Below are positions 57,228 through 64,000 of a stretch of 64,000 nt of DNA, one piece after another. The stretch spans positions 72,153 through 136,152 of the forward strand of contig JBDHZC010000009.1 in assembly GCA_039811685.1 (NCBI GenBank), read 5' to 3'. A program made the position numbers and the translations under genes. The notes beneath the pieces were generated by a model that ran no database searches, had not been told where the DNA came from, and saw only the letters and a list, made by a program, of their open reading frames with translations. The first letter of the stretch is position 1. Every line of letters begins with the position of its first letter. Source of the stretch: Armatimonadota bacterium (lineage in GTDB: Bacteria; Armatimonadota; UBA5829; DSUL01).

Positions 57228-59039
57228 TTAGCGGTAGAGTGGTCCAAAGTTGGCGCAGGCGCGAAAATCCGCGCCTGCAATATCCGATGTGCCAAAGCGG
57301 CTCCAGACAGCCGGACGGAAGACCTTCTCCTCCTCCACGTTGTGCATATCAACGGGGATGCGCAGCATGGACGCAAGCGTAATGAGGTCCGCGCCGATGT
57401 GCCCGAAGCTGATAGCGCCGTGGTTGGCGCCCCAGTTGTTCATCACCGTATATACGTCCGTAAAAGCACCGGCGCCCGTGAGCCTGGGCGCGAACCAGGT
57501 GGTGGGCCAGGTCGGGTCTGTGCGATCCATCAGCTTGCGTCCAACTTCCTCCGGCAGGTCCACCGTGTAGCCTTCGGCAATCTGCAAAGTCGCTCCCAGT
57601 CCGCTGACCAGATTCAGACGGGCCATCGTCACCGGCATGCCGCCCCGTGTGAGAAACTCTGACGAATAACCGCCGCCCCGGAAATAGCCCAGATTTGCCG
57701 GGCACCAGCGCGTGTTCTCAACGCAGGCGGCGGCTTCCTCGGGCGTTATGTCCTGAAACCTCTTCAGCACGGGCTTTCCGTCTTCACACTGCTGTCCTGT
57801 CCAGTCCAGCGCGGAAGCTCCAGAGTTGATCAGGTGCAGCACCCCCTCGGCGGCCGGCACGACCAGAGAGTATCCCGTCACCCGCTTCACCGCATCAGCG
57901 CTCCAGAAAGTGCGAACGTCTGAGAACATCTGCGCTGTGCCCGTGAGCAGGTGTCCCAGGAGCATGGTCGCGCCGTTCAGGCTGTCGTTTTCCGTGGCCA
58001 TAATGTAGGGCTGGCGGATTCCATTCCAATCGAAGGACGAACAGAGGATCGCCTCCAGAAAATCGCCATTCGGGAAGGTGTCCGTCCATTGGCGCTGTCC
58101 CTGAAAGCCTGCCGCCAGGGCATTGTGGCCCTCCGACTCTTCCGGATAGCCCATCTCGGCCAGACGCGGGTTGCCGTTCATCAGGTCGCGGGCAATCAAA
58201 GCCATCTTGACGCTGAACTCCCACGCCTCGTCTTTCTGCTGAGGTGACAGTTGCCTGTCCGGACTGTTCGGGTCCTGTCCTTCCTTTGCGTTGGCCTTCA
58301 CCCACTCAAGCGCAATCTCGAACTCCTGCCTGTCGTAGATCTGATCCCGTATGCGCCGATACACTTCGGTCATATCAATGGATTCCACGCGCATTCCCAG
58401 AGACTGCTCGAAGAAGGGATTGTTGACGATGGAGCCTGCGATGCCCATAGACGTACCGCCGATGGCCAGGTACGATGCGCCCCGCATTGTCGCCACCGCA
58501 ATGCCCGCCTGAGCAAAACGAATCAGCTTTTCCTGCACGTCTGCGGGAATGGATGTGTCGCCCATGTCCTGCACGTCGTGTCCGTAGATACCGAAGGCTG
58601 GCAGCCCTTTTTGAGCGTGCCCGGAGAGAACCGCCGCCAGATACACCGCACCGGGGCGCTCCGTGCCGTTAAAGCCCCAGACCGCCTTGGGGATGAGCGG
58701 GTCCATGTCCATCGTCTCCGCGCCGTAGCACCAGCAGGGCGTCACGGTGAGAGAGACACCAACCCCCGCTCGCGCAAACTTCTCGGCGCATCTGGCCGCC
58801 TCGGAAACGCCTCCGATGCACGTATCAGCGATGACGCACTCCACCGCCTGTCCGCACGCATGCCGGACATTCTTCGTCAGGAACTCAGCAGTTGCGCGCG
58901 CCATTCCCATCACCTGATCTTCCAGAGACTCGCGCACGCCTCCGTAGCGGCCGTCTATGGCCGGCCGGATGCCGATTTTCGGCAAAGATGCGCGCAGTCT
59001 GTTCACTGGCGCCTGATGTTTCGTCCAACTGTGGGCCAT
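57228..59039 (-). CDS. fucI: L-fucose isomerase
   Basis: [40 protein letters not shown]. Confidence 0.95.
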   Translation of the reverse strand: MAHSWTKHQAPVNRLRASLPKIGIRPAIDGRYGGVRESLEDQVMGMARATAEFLTKNVRHACGQAVECVIADTCIGGVSEAARCAEKFARAGVGVSLTVTPCWCYGAETMDMDPLIPKAVWGFNGTERPGAVYLAAVLSGHAQKGLPAFGIYGHDVQDMGDTSIPADVQEKLIRFAQAGIAVATMRGASYLAIGGTSMGIAGSIVNNPFFEQSLGMRVESIDMTEVYRRIRDQIYDRQEFEIALEWVKANAKEGQDPNSPDRQLSPQQKDEAWEFSVKMALIARDLMNGNPRLAEMGYPEESEGHNALAAGFQGQRQWTDTFPNGDFLEAILCSSFDWNGIRQPYIMATENDSLNGATMLLGHLLTGTAQMFSDVRTFWSADAVKRVTGYSLVVPAAEGVLHLINSGASALDWTGQQCEDGKPVLKRFQDITPEEAAACVENTRWCPANLGYFRGGGYSSEFLTRGGMPVTMARLNLVSGLGATLQIAEGYTVDLPEEVGRKLMDRTDPTWPTTWFAPRLTGAGAFTDVYTVMNNWGANHGAISFGHIGADLITLASMLRIPVDMHNVEEEKVFRPAVWSRFGTSDIAGADFRACANFGPLYR

Positions 59040-59155
59040 AATCGCTCTCCTGTTCACGCGGTGTCGCTAGTTATGCCTTCTCCGGCGCAAAATCAACTTC
59101 CTGCCGCGAGACCGCCCGCGTCAGGCGGCTTGTGGAGGGGTGCTATGGAAATTCT

Positions 59156-59182
59156 TCAGCGCGCCGGACCGGCCGCCGATAA
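59156..59182 (+). promoter_or_regulatory. sigma28-like promoter, probably leaderless transcript
   Basis: TCAG-N15-GCCGATAA ending 7 nt before ATG 59190; no SD. Confidence 0.5.
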
Positions 59183-59189
59183 TCATGTC

Positions 59190-59396
59190 ATGGACCTCGA
59201 CATCGGCCATCTTTATGTGTCTCTTCTGATTTCTCTGGTGGGCTACGGCTACTTTATGTACGGCAAGAAACAGGCGCGCACGCCGTTTCTGTTAGCGGGG
59301 GCGGCGTTGATGTCTTTCGGCTACTTTGTACCGTCCATAGCACTGAGCGCGCTGGTGGCTGCGGTTTTGGCCGGCGCGCCGTTCTTCTTTAGCTGA
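59190..59396 (+). CDS. 68-aa small integral membrane protein
   Basis: 'S.VG.GYFMYGKKQ.....L.AG.ALM.F.YFV' hydrophobic pattern of a recurrent small-protein family. Confidence 0.7.
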   Translation: MDLDIGHLYVSLLISLVGYGYFMYGKKQARTPFLLAGAALMSFGYFVPSIALSALVAAVLAGAPFFFS

Positions 59397-60289
59397 GGAG
59401 CTGCCGCCGCCGGATTAGCTCGCTGCTCGCGCACTCTGTTCACATAGTCGTAGTGGCGCAGCATCTCGGGGACTGTCACAAAGCGGTAGCCTTTGCGGCT
59501 AAGCGCCTCCAGGATAGCCGGCAACGCCTGGGCTGTGCGTTTGTGACCCGGGCCGTCGTGCATCACCACCACATCTCCGCGCTTGCGTCCGTTGACGACG
59601 ATCTGGCTGATGCGCTGAGAGTTGATTCTGGTCACATCCAGAGACGGCAAAGACCAGAGCACCACTGTGTAGCTTTTCTTCAGCGCCTCACTGGCAAGCT
59701 CATCGCTGCGCAGTCCGTAGGGTGGACGAAACAGCAGGGTAGAGCGCCCGACGGCGCGCCTGATGCATGCGTCCGTACTGTCAATCTCCAGCGCAGCCTG
59801 CTCCGGTGAAACGGTCTTCGGGTGCGAAAAGCTGTGGTTGCCTATGGCATGTCCATCGCGGACAATGTCTTTCAAGAGATCTGGATAGCGCTCGGCCTGG
59901 CGTCCCAGCACGAAGAAGGTGGCCTTAGCGCCATAGTCTCGCAGTTGCTTCAGGATCTGCGGCGTCACTTTTGGGTCGGGACCGTCGTCGAAGGTGAGCG
60001 CGATCAGCTTTGGGCGGAAGGCTCTGGGCTGCAGCGGCATCACCCTGTTCCGGTAGCGGTGCGGGATTGTCCAGTCATCTATGCCTGGCGTCTTTTTGGC
60101 GCCAGATTTCCGGGTGACAGAAGACGCAACGCCAGCCGCCTGAGAAGTGACTTTGCTCTCTGGGGGAGCGGAGGTGAGACGCGCGGTGCGGGCCATTCCA
60201 GCCGCGAAAAGGCCGCCGATGGCAACCAGAGCGATTATTCTCGGCCGGCTTCTGGAGCGGCGGGTGGATTGTGAGACTCTTTTGTTCAT
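59321..60289 (-). CDS. Polysaccharide deacetylase (CE4/NodB)
   Basis: LTFDDGP, ATFFVLG, NHSFSH, FRPPYG, MHD; N-terminal TM. Confidence 0.9.
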   Translation of the reverse strand: MNKRVSQSTRRSRSRPRIIALVAIGGLFAAGMARTARLTSAPPESKVTSQAAGVASSVTRKSGAKKTPGIDDWTIPHRYRNRVMPLQPRAFRPKLIALTFDDGPDPKVTPQILKQLRDYGAKATFFVLGRQAERYPDLLKDIVRDGHAIGNHSFSHPKTVSPEQAALEIDSTDACIRRAVGRSTLLFRPPYGLRSDELASEALKKSYTVVLWSLPSLDVTRINSQRISQIVVNGRKRGDVVVMHDGPGHKRTAQALPAILEALSRKGYRFVTVPEMLRHYDYVNRVREQRANPAAAAPQLKKNGAPAKTAATSALSAMDGTK

Positions 60290-60492
60290 CCCAGGTGCAA
60301 AGGCTCTATTATACATAAGCCGTCTGCTCAAATGGGACAACAGCGGGCATCTCGCGAAGGATTTTTTACAACTTGCGTTGCCAGCGAGCGTCACAGCGTG
60401 GCAAAGCGGGAAAACGCAGGGTTTGCGGGCGGACAAGCGCTCCAGCCGGATGAGGATTAGCCGGGCTTCCCGCGCTTTCGAGGGAATCAGCA

Positions 60493-60565
60493 TGGGCCCA
60501 GCCGGATTCGAACCAGCGACCAAGCGGTTATGAGCCGCCCGCTCTAACCACTGAGCTATGGGCCC
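60493..60565 (-). tRNA. tRNA-Ile2 (CAT, lysidine type), CCA not encoded
   Basis: Reverse complement GGGCCCATAGCTCAGTGGTTAGAGCGGGCGGCTCATAACCGCTTGGTCGCTGGTTCGAATCCGGCTGGGCCCA; CTCATAA loop and body resemble ileX-type tRNAs. Confidence 0.88.
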
Positions 60566-60747
60566 GCTGCGCCGCATTTTACCACCGATTGCGCGGCACG
60601 CGCTAGAAGCGGCGCGCCAGGGGGCTGGCCGTCAACTCCACTCGTGACCCTGCGAAGTATCTCCCTTGTCGCGTGGCACGCCGCAGGAACACTGGGACTT
60701 TCAGAGGTGTCTGTATGGCTTGGCGGGCGCAGCGCGCGCGTTCGTGC

Positions 60748-60756
60748 TGTTATAAT
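60748..60756 (+). promoter_or_regulatory. Extended -10 promoter of mutS
   Basis: TGTTATAAT 12 nt before the ATG; no SD, so a very short leader is implied. Confidence 0.55.
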
Positions 60757-60768
60757 AGCTGCGGCGCC

Positions 60769-63399
60769 ATGACAGACTCCCCCAAAGCTAATCAGGTTCT
60801 TCTGGACGTTGCTCCCACTGAGCGTCTGACGCCCATGCAGCGCCAGTACAAAGCCGTCAAAGAGCAGTATCCGGACGTGCTGGTGATGTTCCGGATGGGC
60901 GACTTCTACGAGATGTTCGGCGAAGACGCCACCCGCGCCGCGCCCGTGCTGGAAGTGGTGCTTACCAGCCGCGACAGCGACAAGACGCCGATGTGCGGTG
61001 TGCCTTATCACTCTGTGGACCGCTATATCGCCAAGCTGCTGGCCGCGGGAATGCGCGTTGCGGTGTGCGATCAGGTGGAGGACCCTAAAAAAGCCAAGGG
61101 TTTGGTACGCCGCGAGGTCACGCGCGTGGTTTCGGCGGGCACGGTGCTGGAAGACAGCTTTCTCCCACAGACCTCCAACAATTTTCTGACGGCGCTGGCT
61201 TCCGGAGCTTCGCGGACCGGCCTGGCGGTGGCAGACATCTCCACGGGTGAGTTTCTGGTGACGGAGTTCACGGGCGAGGGGCATCTGCGCCTGGCTGTGC
61301 AGGAGATTGAGAGGCTGCGCCCGGCGGAGTGCGTCGTCAAAGACACGGAGGAGGACCTTCGCGATCCGATTCAAAGCGCCGGTTGCGCGCTTGTCACGGC
61401 GTTCCGGCGCGAGGGCGTCTTCACATCCAGCGCGCGTCAGAGCCTGCTGGAGCACTTTCAGGTATCCAGTCTGCGGGGATATGGCTGTGAGGAGATGGAG
61501 TCCGCCCAAGAGGCCGCCGCTCTGCTGCTGGGCTATCTGGAACGGACTAACCGCGCCGCCCTGTCACACTTGCGCTCGTTGTCGGCGTACTCCACCAGCG
61601 CCTTCATGCAGTTGGACGCACCCACCCGGCGCAATCTTGAACTGACAGTCTCTCAAAGCGGCGATCCGTCCACAAGCCTCCTCCGGGTGCTGGACAGAAC
61701 GCGCACTCCGATGGGCGCGCGGCTGCTGAGGCGGTGGCTGGATCAACCTCTGATTGACATGGCGGCCATTCGCGAGCGTCAGGACGCTGTGGCGGCGCTG
61801 GTGGGGGACATTCTGCTCAGAGGCGATGCGCGGGAGCATCTGGAGGGTGTGCAGGATATTGAGCGCATCGCCAGCCGTGTGGCCTCGGGCGCGGCGGGAC
61901 CGCGGGATCTTCTGGCGCTGGCGCGCTCCCTGGACAGAAGCGCTCCGCTGGTTGCTCTGCTGGGACCTTCTGAGAATGAAAGGCTGTCCGCTCTCGGTCT
62001 TTCGTGCGGTGCGCCGGAGGGTGTGTGCGAGGTTATCCGCGCGGCGATAAGTCCGGAAACGCCGCTGCATCTGCGGGACGGAGGAGTCATCAACAGCGGC
62101 TACAGCTCGGAGCTGGATGAGCTGCGGGATACTTCGCGCGGCGGCAAGGAGTGGATTACGCTGATTGAGCAGCGCGAACGTGAGCGCACAGGCTTTAGGA
62201 GCCTCAAGGTGGGCTATAACTCGGTCTTTGGCTACTACATCGAGGTCTCAAAGGCGCACTCAGAGCATATCCCTGAAGACTACATCCGCAAGCAGACTAC
62301 CACAAACGCCGAGCGCTACATCACTCCGGAGCTCAAGGAGCACGAATCACGCGTGCTGGGGGCACAGGAAAAGGCCGTCTCGCTGGAGCAGGATATCTTC
62401 TCGCAGGTGCGCTCAGAGGTGGCCAAGCGCGCGCAGGAGCTGCTTGTAGTGGCCCGGGCGGTGGCCGAAATTGACGCGCTGCAGTCTCTGGCGGAGGTGG
62501 CTCATACCAGCCGCTGGACACCTCCGGAGCTAAGCGATTCAGACGAGATACTGATTCAGGCCGGCCGCCATCCGGTTGTTGAGTGCGCCCTTGGCCCGTC
62601 TGTTTTTATCCCGAACGATACGACACTGGATACGCGGGACAACTGCCTGCTGATTATCACGGGCCCGAATATGGCCGGTAAGAGCACCTATCTCCGGCAG
62701 GTGGCGTTGATTGTGTTGCTCGCGCAGATCGGCAGCTTTGTGCCTGCGGACCGGGCGCGTGTCAGCGTCGTGGACCGCATTTTCACCCGCATAGGCGCGC
62801 GCGATGATCTCGCCAGCGCTCAAAGCACCTTTATGGTGGAGATGAATGAGACCGCCAACATCCTCAACAACGCCACCGAGCGCAGCCTGATCCTGCTGGA
62901 CGAAATCGGGCGGGGCACCAGCACTTACGATGGGCTCTCCATTGCGTGGGCTGTGGCGGAGCACATTCTGCAGCTTCGCGCCCGCACACTTTTTGCCACA
63001 CACTATCATCACCTCAATGATCTGGCTTCGCAGAAAGACGGCGTGCGCAACTACCGCGTCGCTGTCAAAGAAGAGCCAGACCGCATCATCTGGCTGCACA
63101 AGATAATGCCGGGAGGCACAGACCGCAGCTACGGGGTGCAGGTGGCCCGGCTGGCCGGACTGCCTGAGGAGGTTATCCTCCGCGCTGAGGAGATTCTCAA
63201 AGACCTCGAGAGCGCGCCTAACTCTGACGTTCACGCCGCCCCCAGTGAAACGGCCCTCAAGCGCCAGCAGCTTACGCTCTTTGAAGCCGCCGTCCCGCCA
63301 GTTGTTGAGAAGCTGCGCAAGCTGGATATCCAGACAATGTCCCCCGTAGAAGCCCTTACCGCCCTCTGGCAACTTCAGAAAGAGGCGGAGGAAGGGTGA
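60769..63399 (+). CDS. mutS: DNA mismatch repair protein MutS
   Basis: TPM..QY, GDFYE.F, ITGPNMAGKSTYLRQ, STFMVEM, DEIGRGTST, ATHYH, SYG. Confidence 0.97.
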   Translation: MTDSPKANQVLLDVAPTERLTPMQRQYKAVKEQYPDVLVMFRMGDFYEMFGEDATRAAPVLEVVLTSRDSDKTPMCGVPYHSVDRYIAKLLAAGMRVAVCDQVEDPKKAKGLVRREVTRVVSAGTVLEDSFLPQTSNNFLTALASGASRTGLAVADISTGEFLVTEFTGEGHLRLAVQEIERLRPAECVVKDTEEDLRDPIQSAGCALVTAFRREGVFTSSARQSLLEHFQVSSLRGYGCEEMESAQEAAALLLGYLERTNRAALSHLRSLSAYSTSAFMQLDAPTRRNLELTVSQSGDPSTSLLRVLDRTRTPMGARLLRRWLDQPLIDMAAIRERQDAVAALVGDILLRGDAREHLEGVQDIERIASRVASGAAGPRDLLALARSLDRSAPLVALLGPSENERLSALGLSCGAPEGVCEVIRAAISPETPLHLRDGGVINSGYSSELDELRDTSRGGKEWITLIEQRERERTGFRSLKVGYNSVFGYYIEVSKAHSEHIPEDYIRKQTTTNAERYITPELKEHESRVLGAQEKAVSLEQDIFSQVRSEVAKRAQELLVVARAVAEIDALQSLAEVAHTSRWTPPELSDSDEILIQAGRHPVVECALGPSVFIPNDTTLDTRDNCLLIITGPNMAGKSTYLRQVALIVLLAQIGSFVPADRARVSVVDRIFTRIGARDDLASAQSTFMVEMNETANILNNATERSLILLDEIGRGTSTYDGLSIAWAVAEHILQLRARTLFATHYHHLNDLASQKDGVRNYRVAVKEEPDRIIWLHKIMPGGTDRSYGVQVARLAGLPEEVILRAEEILKDLESAPNSDVHAAPSETALKRQQLTLFEAAVPPVVEKLRKLDIQTMSPVEALTALWQLQKEAEEG

Positions 63400-63478
63400 G
63401 AGGCTGGACGCCAGGGCTCAGGGATGGCGTTTGTCGATACAGGTGCGCTCTGCCCAAAGCTCCACAAAGCATCCGGAC

Positions 63479-64000
63479 AATCCCCTTGACAGGCGGCTCT
63501 GGCAGTCGTAGACTAGCCGAAATCGCCGCTCGCCACTGAGCGTTTCTCGGCCTTGATGCGGATGTGCGAACGCTGGCGAGGAGGTTCGGCCCTTCTAGGG
63601 GTTGAGGTTCCACGGGACAGGAGAATACGCGTGCTTGCCAGTCATACCAATCGAGCCGTGAGCTACCCGCGTCAGCTACGATTTCGGGATTTCCGGGTTG
63701 GAGCCCCGCTTTATCCGGGTTCTGCCAGTCTCAACGTCCAACCCTCAAATCCCGAAATACCTAAATCCCCTTGACAGGCGGCTTTCGCAGTCGTAGACTA
63801 GCCGAAATCGCCGCTCGCCACTGAGCGTTTCTCGGCCTTGATGCGGATGTGCGAACGCTGGCGAGGAGGTTCGGCCCTTCTAGGGGTTGAGGTTCCACGG
63901 GACAGGAGAATACGCGTGCTTGCCAGTCATACCAATCGAGCCGTGAGCTACCCGCGTCAGCTACGATTTCGGGATTTCCAGGTTGGAGCCCCGCTTTATC
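63479..64000 (+). repeat. 285-bp tandem duplication, each unit with a sigma70 promoter and structured leader (second unit runs off the window)
   Basis: TTGACA at 63486 and 63771, each followed by 17 bp and TAGACT; units differ at only three positions that I could see. Confidence 0.9.

Noticed and set aside
58251..59189. 381-aa plus-strand ORF 58251-59396
   Set aside because: Mostly antisense to fucI; only the last 68 codons from ATG 59190 look like a real protein.
60493..60565. Second tRNA-Met or initiator tRNA
   Set aside because: Paired 1-72 position, no GGG/CCC anticodon stem and an ileX-like body indicate tRNA-Ile2.
60290..60577. N-terminal extension of the polysaccharide deacetylase ORF
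   Set aside because: Runs through the tRNA-Ile2 gene; ATG 60289 before the TM segment is the plausible start.
63516..63760. Known RNA family (cobalamin riboswitch, HEARO/omegaRNA, group II intron domain V, 6S) in the 285-bp unit
   Set aside because: Only short isolated word matches (GCCACTG, TGGCGAGG, GAGCCGT) without the required order or conserved cores; needs an Infernal search.

Overview
64-kb GC-rich bacterial chromosomal segment, probably from Armatimonadota. That assignment is an inference from a DUF1559-type 'AILFPVFARARE' pilin-like motif, diderm markers (secretin, TolB-like protein) and the Firmicutes-like amidase-gerM-murI-rph-rdgB order. Most of it is housekeeping or metabolic: ispDF, hpf, PPi-PFK, ROK kinase, rph, murI, fucI, mutS, tRNA-Met and tRNA-Ile2. 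Two regions stand out. (1) 18.9-29.0 kb is a compact ~10-kb phage-derived head-plus-lysis cluster: sigma-r4 regulator, TerS, TerL, DUF935 portal, protease/scaffold, decoration protein, Mu gpT-type capsid, SGNH hydrolase, head-completion proteins, holin and CHAP-like endolysin. No tail, integrase, transposase, repressor or replication genes are recognisable. It starts at a consensus sigma70 promoter with a GAAC-N4-GTTC LexA-type box over the predicted start site, carries host REP repeats, and contains a toxin-antitoxin-SecB-chaperone (TAC) module. It is a candidate SOS-inducible, domesticated, tail-less gene-transfer-agent or satellite-like system. (2) 31.6-46.6 kb is a type IV pilus operon ending in a SigB/F-type sigma factor fused to a degenerate GGDEF domain with an intact RxxD I-site. 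It also has an MshEN-type PilB, sigma28-like promoters and a pilM leader with alternative SD-sequestering pairings, which together suggest a c-di-GMP circuit. Other observations are a covarying REP family, a motif-degenerate GlgA and a 285-bp promoter-containing tandem duplication at the window end. All calls come from motif recognition by eye; no database searches were run.
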